Assembly: GCA_024277355.1 (NCBI GenBank)
Contig: JAJRVL010000011.1
Span: forward strand, 79,365-111,364
DNA length: 32,000 nucleotides
Direction of reading: 5' to 3'
Origin: an archaeon
GTDB lineage: Archaea; Iainarchaeota; Iainarchaeia; Iainarchaeales; 1-14-0-10-31-34
This document shows positions 1-9,404 of the stretch, piece after piece (position 1 is the first letter of the stretch; each line of letters begins with the position of its first letter). The position numbers were made by a program, and so were the translations under genes. Under the pieces are notes generated by a model. That model saw nothing but the letters and a program-made list of their open reading frames with translations. It searched no databases and was not told the DNA's origin.

Positions 1-1392
1 GCATCCAACAACACAAGGTTTGCCCATTCCTCTTGCAACAACAGCAGCATGAGAAGTGTTTCCTCCTCTGCAAGTTAAAATTCCTTTTGATGCAATCATT
101 CCATGAATATCTTCAGGAGAAGTTTCATGTCTGACTAAAATTACGTTTCCTTTTTCGCTTTCTTTTTCAGCTGTATTTGCATCAAAAAACATTCTCCCTG
201 ATGCAGCCCCGGGAGAAGCATTTAACCCTAAAGCAATTTCATTTAATTTTTGTTTTGGGTCAATTCTTTTATGGAGCAGTTGATTTAAATCTAAAGGATT
301 AATTCTCAGTAAAGCTTCTTGTTTTGAAATTAGTTTTTCTTCAACTAATTCAACTGCAATTCTAACTGCTGCCTGACCGGTTCTTTTTCCGTTTCTGGTC
401 TGCAGTAAAAATAATTTTTTGTCTTCAATAGTAAATTCAGTGTCCTGCATGTCTTTGTAGTGTTTTTCTAATTTTTCGCATACAGACTTAAATTCTTCAA
501 AAACTTCAGGCATTACTTCATTTAATTCAGCAATTATTCTTGGAGTACGGATTCCTGCAACAACATCCTCGCCTTGAGCATTTAACAAAAATTCTCCATA
601 TAATTTTTTTATTCCATTAGAAGGGTTTCTGGTAAAACACACTCCTGTCCCTGAAGTTTCGCCTAAATTTCCAAAAACCATTTCCTGAATTACTACTCCA
701 GTTCCCCATGAATCAGGAATTTTATTTAATTTACGATAAGTTATTGCTCGTTTATTATTCCATGAATTAAATACAGCCTTAACCGCTAAAATTAATTGTT
801 GTTTTGGTTCTTCAGGAAAAGTGTTTTTTGTTTCTTGTTCAACTAAATTTTTGTATTCTTTAATTATTTTTTTTAGTGATTCAGCAGTTAAATCACAGTC
901 TTTTGTTGTTTCTGTATTTTGTTTTTCTTTTTCTAAGATTTCTTCAAATTTATCGTGTTCTAAATTTAATACAACATTAGAAAACATCTGAATAAATCTT
1001 CTGTAAGAATCTAATACAAATCTTTCATTTTTTGTTTTTTCAATCATTGATTTAATTGTTTTTTCATTTAATCCAAGATTTAATACTGTATCCATCATTC
1101 CAGGCATTGAGGTTCTTGCACCACTTCTAACTGAAACTAATAAGGGGTTTTCTCCTGAAAACTGTTTTTTTGTTTGTTTTTCTAATTGCATTAAAGAGTC
1201 ATTTAATTCTTGTTCTAATCCTTCAGGGAAATCATTTGAATCAAAAAAATTAATACAAGCTTGAGTTGAAATCACAAAACCTTTAGGGACAGGCAAACCT
1301 AATTTAGTCATTTCACATAAATTGCTTCCTTTTCCTCCTAAAAGGTTTTTCATTTCTTTGCTTCCTTCCTCAAAAAAATAAATATACTTCAA
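1..1392 (-). CDS. ppdK: pyruvate, phosphate dikinase, N-terminal part (gene runs off left edge)
   Basis: Manual translation of the minus strand from TTG at 1392: MKYIYFFEEGSKEMKNLLGGKGSNLCEMTKLGLPVPKGFVIST...VRSGARTSMPGMMDTVLNLGLN...ETSGTGVCFTRNPSNG...LLQTRNGKRTGQAAVR...GGNTSHAAVVARGMGKPCVVGC. No in-frame stop in the codons I read; AAGGGGGA lies upstream as a possible SD. Confidence 0.95.
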   Translation of the reverse strand, partial: MKYIYFFEEGSKEMKNLLGGKGSNLCEMTKLGLPVPKGFVISTQACINFFDSNDFPEGLEQELNDSLMQLEKQTKKQFSGENPLLVSVRSGARTSMPGMMDTVLNLGLNEKTIKSMIEKTKNERFVLDSYRRFIQMFSNVVLNLEHDKFEEILEKEKQNTETTKDCDLTAESLKKIIKEYKNLVEQETKNTFPEEPKQQLILAVKAVFNSWNNKRAITYRKLNKIPDSWGTGVVIQEMVFGNLGETSGTGVCFTRNPSNGIKKLYGEFLLNAQGEDVVAGIRTPRIIAELNEVMPEVFEEFKSVCEKLEKHYKDMQDTEFTIEDKKLFLLQTRNGKRTGQAAVRIAVELVEEKLISKQEALLRINPLDLNQLLHKRIDPKQKLNEIALGLNASPGAASGRMFFDANTAEKESEKGNVILVRHETSPEDIHGMIASKGILTCRGGNTSHAAVVARGMGKPCVVGC

Positions 1393-1533
1393 TTCAAATC
1401 CCCCTTAAACAAAATCATGTAAAACTTCATAAAAAGTATGAAAACTTAGATAAAGAAAGCTTTTAAACCAAATGTTTAACTAAAAAAAGCAATTCATTTA
1501 AACTATTAAGAACTGAATATTACAGGAGATTAA

Positions 1534-2679
1534 ATGAAAAAAATAAGTATTTTAGGTTCAACCGGAAGCATCGGAACACAGACTTTAGATGTAGTAAGAC
1601 AGCATTCTGATGAATTCAAAGTTTTAGGGTTAGCTGCGTTTAATGAAATAGACAAAATAATTGAACAAATTAATGAATTTAAGCCGGAAAAAGTCTGTTT
1701 GTTTGATGAAAAATCAGCTGAAGAGTTAGCAAAAAAAACTGATGTTGAAGTTGTTTCAGGGATGCAGGGATTAAAAGAAATTGCAGTAATAGAAGAAATT
1801 GAGCAGACAATTGTTTCAGTTGTAGGTGCAATAGGAATTGAGCCGACAATGCATGCAATAAAAAAAGGAAAAAATATTGCTTTAGCAAATAAAGAAACTT
1901 TAGTTTCAGCAGGACAGCCAATAATGAAAGAAGTCAAAAAACAAGGAATTGTATTAATGCCAATTGATTCAGAGCATTCAGCTATATTTCAATGTTTGAA
2001 TGGAGAGGAAAGAAAAAAAGTTTCAAAAGTTTTAATTACTTGTTCTGGCGGGCCGTTTAGAGGGAAAAAAATTTCTGATTTTTATAATGCAACTCCTGAA
2101 CAGGCTTTAGGACATCCAACATGGAGTATGGGTTCAAAAATTACAATTGATTCTTCAACTTTAATGAATAAAGGCCTGGAAGTATTGGAAGCAAAATGGC
2201 TGTATGATTTAGAATTAGAAGAAATTGAAGTAGTAATTCATCCTCAAAGTTTAATTCATTCAATGGTTGAATTTACTGACGGGAGTATTATGGCTCAAAT
2301 TGGAACACACGATATGCGTACTCCCATCCAATATGCTTTAACTTATCCAAAAAGATTAACAAATGAATTTCCAAGATTAAATTTATTTGAAAACAATAAT
2401 TTAACTTTTGAAAAACCTGATTACAAAAATTTTCCGTGTTTAGGTTTTGCTTTTGAAGCAGGAAAACAAAAAGGAACTTTAGCTTCAGCAATGAATGCAG
2501 CAAATGAAATTGCTGTCTGGAGTTTTTTAGATAAAAAAATCAAGTACTGAGAAATCCCGGAAATAATTAAACAAGTAATGGATTTACATAAAAATACTTT
2601 AAATCCTTCTTTAGAGGATTCACTTGAAGCAGATAAAAAAGCAAGAGAAACAGCAAAAAAAATAATAGAAGAAAAATGA
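1534..2679 (+). CDS. dxr: 1-deoxy-D-xylulose 5-phosphate reductoisomerase, interrupted by one in-frame TGA at 2548-2550
   Basis: MKKISILGSTGSIGTQTLDVVRQHSDEF...TCSGGPFRGKK...ALGHPTWSMGSKITIDSSTLMNKGLEVLEAKWLY...VEVVIHPQSLIHSMVEFTDGSIMAQIG is diagnostic of DXR. After the TGA the same frame reads EIPEIIKQVMDLHKNTLNPSLEDSLEADKKARETAKKIIEEK* to 2679, restoring ~381 aa. Confidence 0.93.
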
Positions 2680-2788
2680 GAAAAAATGAAAAAACAGCAG
2701 AGTATTCAGTTATTCAGTAATTGATAATTTAATAAACAAAACAAAAAGAAATTTAAGCATTAAAAGAGTTTAATTACAAAGTGATGAA

Positions 2789-3478
2789 ATGAATTATGCA
2801 GTAATTTGTGCCGGCGGAAAAGGAATAAGAATGGACGCCGGAAAAAACAAAGTGTTCTTAAAAATTAAAGGCAAAGAAATAATTGCAAAAACTATTTTAG
2901 TGTTTGAAAAAGCAAAAGAAATAAACGGAATAATTATTTCAATTGGAAAGAATGACATAAAAGAAATACAGGAAATAATTGAAAAAGAAAAATTTGAAAA
3001 AATTAAAGCAGTAATTGAAGGTGGAAAAGAAAGACAGGATTCCGTTTATAATGGAATAAAAAAATTACAGGAATTTGCAGAAAAAGATGACGTGATTTTA
3101 ATTCATAATGCAGCAAACCCTTTTGTAAAAGAAGAAACAATAAACAACTGCATTAAAGCAGCAAAAGAATTTGGAGCAAGTGTTGCAGCACAAAAAGTAA
3201 AAGACACAATAAAAAAAGTTGATGAAGATTTATTAGTTAAAAAAACATTAAACCGAAAAGAATTATGGCAAATGCAGACTCCGCAGGCAATAATTAACCA
3301 CATTGCATTAAAAGCATTTGAAAAAGCTTATTCAGAAAACTTTTATGGAACAGATGACGTTCAGTTAGTTGAAAGAATTCATGGAAAAATAAAAATAGTT
3401 GAATGTTCATATAAAAACATTAAAATTACAACAAAAGAAGATATAGAATTAGCAGAAAGAATTTTAGATGAAAACTGA
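2789..3478 (+). CDS. ispD: 2-C-methyl-D-erythritol 4-phosphate cytidylyltransferase
   Basis: MNYAVICAGGKGIRMDAGKNKVFLKIKGKEI...GGKERQDSVYNGI...VLIHNAANPFV...LWQMQTPQAI: nucleotidyltransferase G-rich loop and IspD motifs. Confidence 0.93.
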   Translation: MNYAVICAGGKGIRMDAGKNKVFLKIKGKEIIAKTILVFEKAKEINGIIISIGKNDIKEIQEIIEKEKFEKIKAVIEGGKERQDSVYNGIKKLQEFAEKDDVILIHNAANPFVKEETINNCIKAAKEFGASVAAQKVKDTIKKVDEDLLVKKTLNRKELWQMQTPQAIINHIALKAFEKAYSENFYGTDDVQLVERIHGKIKIVECSYKNIKITTKEDIELAERILDEN

Positions 3479-3493
3479 TTAAAATGAAAAAAA

Positions 3494-4345
3494 TTGTCAG
3501 GAAATTGTTTAAAAGAAAAAAAAACCCCTAAAAAAATAAATATTCCCAGAAGAAAGTTTCTCAAAACCATAACTATCGGAACTACATCAATATCTTTAGC
3601 TTATCTTTTGAGCTGTTTTCCAATTAAGCTATCTAAACTGCCTATAGAAAAAACCCATCAAACTACATTACTTGGAATGATTCATTTTACAGACATGAAA
3701 TCAAGCAAACAAGAAATTATTAATAAAACAAAAACCAATAAAAATACTTTAAAAAGCTACAATAAAGCACTTGAAGCCATTAAAAGACTGCCTGCTGGTT
3801 CAAGAATATTAATTGAAGATGCTACTCCTTTTTCAGTTAACGGAAAAAAGTATTACAGTATTTTTTCTGTTTTATCTGAAAAAGCAAGAGCAAAAGGATT
3901 AATAGTTGAAAATTATCTTCCAAGAAAAGCAATATTCAGGAGAATTGACGCATACAGTTATTTGATTGAAACATTTTATAAAAATAAAAATCCAGAAATA
4001 ATTAAAGCAAGAAAAAAAGAACTAGCTAAAAAATACAATCTTAGTTCAATAAAAAACATTAATTCTGTTGAAGAAGCAAGCACAAAATTATATCAATATT
4101 TTGAACATATGACAAATTTTTTAATTAAATCTTACAGAAAAAAACCAGCATTAATTATTGCAGGAGATTTACATGTTGCTGCATCAAAAAAATGGCTGAA
4201 AAATGCTGAAGATATAACTCCTAAAAACACCAGAAAATACACTGAAAAAATCATGGCAAATTCAAAACAAGAATTTAAAGAACTAGTTGAATTATTTGAA
4301 AAACACAGAGAAAAAATGGTTAAAAAATTAAAAGTTAACGGATGA
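3494..4345 (+). CDS. putative Tat-signal lipoprotein of unknown function (weak TraB/ChaN-like resemblance)
   Basis: ORF of 283 aa with N-terminal IPRRKFLKTITIGTTSISLAYLLSC (twin-arginine plus possible lipobox), then GMIHFTD...LIEDATPFS...LIIAGDLHVA. Start codon uncertain: an ATG at 3484 lies in another frame ahead of an A9 tract. Confidence 0.6.
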   Translation: MSGNCLKEKKTPKKINIPRRKFLKTITIGTTSISLAYLLSCFPIKLSKLPIEKTHQTTLLGMIHFTDMKSSKQEIINKTKTNKNTLKSYNKALEAIKRLPAGSRILIEDATPFSVNGKKYYSIFSVLSEKARAKGLIVENYLPRKAIFRRIDAYSYLIETFYKNKNPEIIKARKKELAKKYNLSSIKNINSVEEASTKLYQYFEHMTNFLIKSYRKKPALIIAGDLHVAASKKWLKNAEDITPKNTRKYTEKIMANSKQEFKELVELFEKHREKMVKKLKVNG

Positions 4346-4390
4346 ATTAATAGTTAGATAAAAAAAAAAGCAACAATATAAAAAGGATTT

Positions 4391-4399
4391 TATACATAA
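4391..4399 (-). promoter_or_regulatory. TTATGTATA-family motif upstream of ispF
   Basis: TATACATAA located ~23 nt before ATG 4414, the distance expected for a TATA box of a leaderless archaeal gene. Confidence 0.5.
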
Positions 4400-4404
4400 T
4401 TTTA

Positions 4405-4935
4405 GTGAGAGTTATGCCATTTAGAGTAGGATTAGGACAAGATTCCCATAGGTTTTCTCACGTGCATGAAAAAAGACCTTTGATTTTAGGCGGAATAGAA
4501 ATTAAAGATTGTTTGGGTTTAAAGGGAAATTCAGATGCAGATGTAATACTTCATGCATTATTTAATTCTCTTGCACAATTAATTGGCTGGAAAAGTTTAG
4601 GAAGCCATGCAGACAAAATGGTTAAAGAACAAGGAATAACTGATTCAAAAGAATACTTAAAAGAACCATTAAAAAAACTAAAAGAAATGAATTATGAAAT
4701 TACAACTGTAAGCATCACACTTGAATGCAAAAAACCAAAAATTGATCCGGTATCAAATGAAATAAGAACAAGTGTTGCAAAAATTCTTGGAATAAAAAAA
4801 GAACAAGTAGGAATAATTGCAACAACAGGAGAAAGATTAACTGCTTTTGGAAGAGGGGAAGGAATACAAGCATTTACAGTGATAACAGCAATACATAAAG
4901 ACATCAAAAAATTTACAGGAAAAAAAAATAAATAA
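4405..4935 (+). CDS. ispF: 2-C-methyl-D-erythritol 2,4-cyclodiphosphate synthase (likely start ATG 4414)
   Basis: MPFRVGLGQDSHRF...RPLILGGIEI...GLKGNSDADVILHALFNSLAQLIG...IGIIATTGERLTAFGRGEGIQAFTVITAI: IspF metal-binding and active-site motifs. Confidence 0.95.
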   Translation: MRVMPFRVGLGQDSHRFSHVHEKRPLILGGIEIKDCLGLKGNSDADVILHALFNSLAQLIGWKSLGSHADKMVKEQGITDSKEYLKEPLKKLKEMNYEITTVSITLECKKPKIDPVSNEIRTSVAKILGIKKEQVGIIATTGERLTAFGRGEGIQAFTVITAIHKDIKKFTGKKNK

Positions 4936-5028
4936 ATAAATTCGTTCTTTGACGTAATATGCTTGTTAAATCAACGTAAGGTTTAAATAGTTTGAGCTAT
5001 AATATTGGTATTTCGGGAAAAGATTTTT

Positions 5029-6828
5029 ATGGATAAAAATGAATTAAATTTTGGAAAATTACTGGAAAAAATTGATTCTCCAGCAGACTTAAAAAAACTA
5101 AAAGTTGAAGAATTAGAAGAATTGTCTAAAGAAGTAAGAGAAGTTTTAATTAAAACCTGTTCAGCTAACGGAGGACATATTGGGGCAAATTTAGGAGTAG
5201 TTGAATTAAGCATTGCATTGCATTATGTTTTTAATTCTCCTCAAGACAAATTTTTGTTTGATACAAGCCATCAAAGTTATACTCACAAATTATTGACTGG
5301 AAGGAAAAAAGATTTCCATACAATCTGCACTCCAAAAGGAATTCCAAGATTTACAGTAAGAAATGAAACTCCATTTGATAACTGGAGTGCAGGCCATGCT
5401 TCAACTGCATTAAGCGGAGCAATGGGAATGGCTGAAGCAAGAAAAACAAACAAACAAGAATATGAAGTAGTAGCAGTAACAGGCGACGGAGCATTAACCG
5501 GCGGAATGTGTTATGAAGCACTAAATAATATCGGGTATAACCAGACAGATGTAATTTTAATTTTAAATGACAACAAAATGAGCATTTCTCCTAATGTAGG
5601 TGCAATGTATAAACATTTGAAAAAGCTGTCAATGTTTGCAGACGAAAAAATTCCACGAAGAGAAGTAGGAACAATATTTGAAAAATTAGGAATTCAATAT
5701 TACGGGCCGGTTGACGGCCATAACGTAAAAAAATTAGTTGAAGAATTAGAAAATTTAAAAGACTTAAAAGGACCAAAATTGCTTCATGTATTAACCATTA
5801 AAGGAAAAGGAATGGAATACATGGAAAACGATAAAGCAACATGGCATGAGCACCCTGCATTTGATGTTGAAACCGGCCAGCCAATAAAAAAAGGACCTGC
5901 AAAAATAGAAAAAATTGCAGTTCAGGCTTTAATGGAATTAGCAGAACAAGATAAATCAATTGTGGGAATTACAGCAGCAATGCCTGCAGGAACCGCTTTA
6001 ATTGAATTCAGCAAAAAATTCCCTGACAGATTTTATGATGTAGGAATAGCAGAAGAACACGCAGTTACTTTTGCAGCAGGATTAGCTGCAGAAAAAACAA
6101 AACCTTTTGTAGTAATTTACAGTCCTTTTTTGCAGAGAGCTTTTGATCAGGTAGCACATGATGTTGCATTACAGGATTTGCCGGTAAAATTATTGGTTCC
6201 AAAAGCAGCAATAACCGGAGACGGCCCAACACAAGGAGGAATCCTTGACTTCAGTTATCTGAGAATTATTCCAAACTTAATTGTAATGGCGCCAAAAGAT
6301 GAAAACGAATTAAGACATATGATTAAAACCGCACAAGAATACAATAAAGGACCAATTAGTGTCAGATACCCAAAAGGAAATGCTTTAGGAGTAGAATTAG
6401 ATAAAGAAATGAAATCAATTGAAATAGGAAAAGCTGAAATGATTAAAGAAGGAAAAGACATTTCTTTGATTAGTATTGGATTTATGTTAAAAGAAACAGT
6501 TGAAGCTGCTGAGATTTTAAAGAAAGAAGGGATTGATGCTGAAGTAATTAATTCAAGGTTTGTTAAACCATTAGATAGAAAAATGATTTCTGAAAGCCTG
6601 AAAAAAACAGGAAAAGGAATCACAATAGAAGAAAATATTCTTCCCGGAGGGTTTGGTTCAGCTGTCTTGGAAATGCTTGAAGCTAAAGGACTAAATGAAG
6701 TTGTATTGCAGAGAATAGGCGCACCAGACGAATATATTGGTTATGACAGTCCAAATGAAATCAAAAAACAGTTTGGAATGGATGCAGAAAGCATAGTAAA
6801 AAAAGTTAAAAAAATGCTTGGAAAATAA
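5029..6828 (+). CDS. dxs: 1-deoxy-D-xylulose-5-phosphate synthase
   Basis: ORF 5005..6828. HIGANLGVVELSIALHYVFNSPQDKFLFDTSHQSYTHKLLTGR...NEPFDNWSAGHAS-like region, GDGALTGGMCYEALNN, GPVDGHN, FYDVGIAEEHAVTFAAGLA: TPP-dependent DXS. Likely start is ATG 5029. Confidence 0.96.
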   Translation: MDKNELNFGKLLEKIDSPADLKKLKVEELEELSKEVREVLIKTCSANGGHIGANLGVVELSIALHYVFNSPQDKFLFDTSHQSYTHKLLTGRKKDFHTICTPKGIPRFTVRNETPFDNWSAGHASTALSGAMGMAEARKTNKQEYEVVAVTGDGALTGGMCYEALNNIGYNQTDVILILNDNKMSISPNVGAMYKHLKKLSMFADEKIPRREVGTIFEKLGIQYYGPVDGHNVKKLVEELENLKDLKGPKLLHVLTIKGKGMEYMENDKATWHEHPAFDVETGQPIKKGPAKIEKIAVQALMELAEQDKSIVGITAAMPAGTALIEFSKKFPDRFYDVGIAEEHAVTFAAGLAAEKTKPFVVIYSPFLQRAFDQVAHDVALQDLPVKLLVPKAAITGDGPTQGGILDFSYLRIIPNLIVMAPKDENELRHMIKTAQEYNKGPISVRYPKGNALGVELDKEMKSIEIGKAEMIKEGKDISLISIGFMLKETVEAAEILKKEGIDAEVINSRFVKPLDRKMISESLKKTGKGITIEENILPGGFGSAVLEMLEAKGLNEVVLQRIGAPDEYIGYDSPNEIKKQFGMDAESIVKKVKKMLGK

Positions 6829-6963
6829 TTACAAAAAGAATAACAGCTAATTATAAAAGAATAAAAATAATAGAAATAAAAAATTAAGGAAAAAAATAAA
6901 ACTAATAAATTACTAATTAATCAAAAACTAATTAAAAAAAAGAAAAGTTGATTGCTAAAGCAA

Positions 6964-7215
6964 TCAAACACCAATTTTTAATTTTGAAGGCTGAATAATA
7001 AAACCCCAATCAGCTACTGTAAATTTTAATGGAGAACCGCCATCTCCGCCACCCATCAAAATTACAGGAACAGAATTGCTTTCTTCGTCATCTTTAGGAA
7101 CAGATGTTACTCCATCTTCAATTTCATCCCCAACAACACCAATTTGATTCCACACTGCAGAAGTAAACCCTGCAAAAGCAATTAACAAAACTGCTAAAAT
7201 TAATAATTTTTTCAT
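6964..7215 (-). CDS. small secreted protein of unknown function
   Basis: 83 aa with N-terminal signal-like MKKLLILAVLLIAFAGFTSA. Confidence 0.55.
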   Translation of the reverse strand: MKKLLILAVLLIAFAGFTSAVWNQIGVVGDEIEDGVTSVPKDDEESNSVPVILMGGGDGGSPLKFTVADWGFIIQPSKLKIGV

Positions 7216-7280
7216 TTAATAAAACCTCCAAATAAACAAAACAATTAGTATATGTGTGTTTTACTTTAAAAAGTTTTAGT

Positions 7281-8120
7281 TTACAAAAAATCCCTTGATT
7301 TTTTCCATTCAATTTCAGCTTTCTCACAAAAAGAAATAATTTTTTGTTTTTGTTCTGAAACTAAACCTTTCCAGTCAAACAAAACAAAATCAACTTTTTC
7401 AGAAGTCTGTTTAATCATTTGTTCAAATAAAACAAAATCAACTTCATTAACATAATATTTAGATAAAATATGAGAAACCGCAATATCTGTTCTGGCCATT
7501 ACTTTAGAAAAAGAAGGACAATAATGGGTTCCGCCTACTCCAATTGCTGTCTTGAAATTTGAATTAAAATTAAAAAAAGAATCCATAATAGAAAAAGCAA
7601 TTATTTTTCCTGCCTGCTTATTTTTCCATTCGGTTTCATTGCTTCCAATTTCAATAAAAACTGCAGGTTTAGACAAAAAAGGGCCGTGATGAGTTTGCTC
7701 CATTAAAACAGGCCAGTCAAAATTTTCTTTTTTTGTTTGTTCAAGTAAATTCAAAAAAAAGTTTTTCATTACTAAAGAAGAAACTGAAACTAAAGTTTTT
7801 TCTTTTCCGCCTAAATCAGCTTTACTAAAATTTCCTATTGGGTGAACAGAAAAAGTTTTTTGTCCTGATTCACTTGAATGCTTTGAAGCAAAAATAAACA
7901 AATCAGTTTCTAATTCATCTAAAAAATCTGCGGTAACTTGTTTTTCATTAATTAAAATTAAATCAAAAATTTGTTTTTCATTAGAAAAAGAATAAATTGA
8001 ATTTGAATTAAATTGTTTTTCTGTTTTCTTAAAATCAAAGCATTCAATTAAATTAGAATAAATGTTTAATCCTGCTAAATCTGTTTTAGAAACAATAATT
8101 GAAATTTTATTAAAGTTCAT
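7281..8120 (-). CDS. dtdA: archaeal D-aminoacyl-tRNA deacylase
   Basis: 279 aa with MEQTHHGPFLSKPAVFIEIGSNETEW, GVGGTHYCPSFSKV and DIAVSHIL motifs typical of the archaeal DtdA family. Confidence 0.85.
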   Translation of the reverse strand: MNFNKISIIVSKTDLAGLNIYSNLIECFDFKKTEKQFNSNSIYSFSNEKQIFDLILINEKQVTADFLDELETDLFIFASKHSSESGQKTFSVHPIGNFSKADLGGKEKTLVSVSSLVMKNFFLNLLEQTKKENFDWPVLMEQTHHGPFLSKPAVFIEIGSNETEWKNKQAGKIIAFSIMDSFFNFNSNFKTAIGVGGTHYCPSFSKVMARTDIAVSHILSKYYVNEVDFVLFEQMIKQTSEKVDFVLFDWKGLVSEQKQKIISFCEKAEIEWKKSRDFL

Positions 8121-8137
8121 AAGAAAAAAACAAATAA

Positions 8138-8608
8138 TTATTTTTTATAACTTAAGGATAACTGGCCAAAAACATCTTCTAAATTATTTAAAGTTTGAAT
8201 TAAGTTTTTTGTAACGTAATGATTGAAAGATGCTTTGAGGTCATCTCGTTCAGCAAAAGGCGCAGGATTAAATAAATACGCCTGTTTTTTTCTAACTAAT
8301 AAATCAAATTCTTTCATTCGGTTTAAATGATATCTTAAAAGTTTTTCAGAGATTTTTTTTGAATTCTTTTTTTTAATATAAGACTGGATGTTTGGAACAG
8401 TAGGAAGCGTTTTAGAAAAATTCAAATAAAATAATGCATCTAATACATCTAAAACAGTGGTTCTGGATTCTTTTTCTGAAAGCAAACCAAAAGACAAAGC
8501 AAACCACCTTAACATTGAACGTTTAGTTAATTTTACATTAGGGGGGAAATCCATTGATTTAATTATGAAAGTTTTTCTAACTAAACAGCTTTCAGGTAAT
8601 TCAGACAA
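8138..8608 (-). CDS. hypothetical protein, possible DNA-binding (likely start MDFPPNV at ~8554)
   Basis: 156 aa ORF; helical, basic, leucine-rich; no specific family recognised. Confidence 0.6.
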   Translation of the reverse strand: MSELPESCLVRKTFIIKSMDFPPNVKLTKRSMLRWFALSFGLLSEKESRTTVLDVLDALFYLNFSKTLPTVPNIQSYIKKKNSKKISEKLLRYHLNRMKEFDLLVRKKQAYLFNPAPFAERDDLKASFNHYVTKNLIQTLNNLEDVFGQLSLSYKK

Positions 8609-8741
8609 TTTAACACCAAAACATTATTTCCTTTTCAAATAGATTATTCTCATTGATTTATTTAAGTTTTTTGGTTAAATTAAGCAAAAATTGAATAAAC
8701 GTTTAAAATAAGTTAATGTCATATAATTTTACTGATTCTAT

Positions 8742-9104
8742 ATGAGTATTTCAATTAATACAAGCTTTCTTCCATTCAAGCTTGACTTAAAAGAAAAAAA
8801 GCCTGTAAGAATGGATATTGAAGTAATAAACAGATATGATAAACCAAAAAAAGTTATTTTAGAGTTATTAGCTTCAAGTCAGATTGGATTTAACAAGACA
8901 AGCGCAACAAAAGAAAAATATGAAATTGGATTGCTTGAACCAGGACAAAGCAAAAACATCAAAATAGATATTTTTCCTAAAAATTTTGCAATAAAAAGAG
9001 AAGAAGTAATTTCAATTACTGCAACAGAAATAACTATTGAAGATTCAGGTTATAGTTTTCCTTCAAAAAAATTCAAGAAAAACGTCGGCTTAGAAATAAA
9101 ATAA
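8742..9104 (+). CDS. hypothetical protein, Ig-like/beta-sandwich domain
   Basis: 120 aa: PVRMDIEVINRYDKPKKVILELLAS...GLLEPGQSKNIKIDIFPK resembles CARDB/Ig-like adhesion-type domains. Confidence 0.6.
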   Translation: MSISINTSFLPFKLDLKEKKPVRMDIEVINRYDKPKKVILELLASSQIGFNKTSATKEKYEIGLLEPGQSKNIKIDIFPKNFAIKREEVISITATEITIEDSGYSFPSKKFKKNVGLEIK

Positions 9105-9105
9105 T

Positions 9106-9309
9106 TCACTTTTTTTTAGTTTTTTTTATTTCTTTTTTTTCTTCTTTTAGTTCTTCCTGAAATTCTTCTCGGTCTTCGTCATCTAAGCCTAATTGTTTAA
9201 GCATTTTATCATGGTCTTGCGGAGTAAGCTTGTCATACCATTCATTCCATATTTTATCTTCGGCTTTAGAAACGATTTTTCCTTCTATAGGTTTTTTTCG
9301 TTTAGGCAT
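9106..9309 (-). CDS. small highly charged protein
   Basis: 67 aa MPKRKKPIEGKIVSKAEDKIWNEWYDKLTPQ...EEKKEIKKTKKK; convergent with upstream gene. Confidence 0.5.
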   Translation of the reverse strand: MPKRKKPIEGKIVSKAEDKIWNEWYDKLTPQDHDKMLKQLGLDDEDREEFQEELKEEKKEIKKTKKK

Positions 9310-9404
9310 AAATAAAAAAATCCTTGAATAATATTTAAAATACTTTCCTATAAATCAAAAAATCAATAAAAGTATTTAAAGGAATTAACTCATTAATCAA
9401 TAAA

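Noticed and set aside
1530-1937. Minus-strand ORF of 135 aa and the plus-strand 1679..1921 ORF inside dxr
   Set aside because: Low-complexity antisense or alternative-frame ORFs fully overlapping a gene with diagnostic DXR motifs.
2548-2550. Selenocysteine at the dxr TGA
   Set aside because: DXR is not a known selenoprotein, no conserved Cys is expected there, and the four other events are TAA. A SECIS was not evident by eye.
3103-5776. ORFs 3103..3303, 3379..3570, 4692..4907, 4983..5213 and 5591..5776 on the minus strand
   Set aside because: Antisense shadows of ispD, the Tat-like ORF, ispF and dxs; composition is typical of complement-strand artefacts.
6255-6623. 122-aa minus-strand ORF inside dxs
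   Set aside because: Antisense of a conserved TPP-enzyme region; no independent support.
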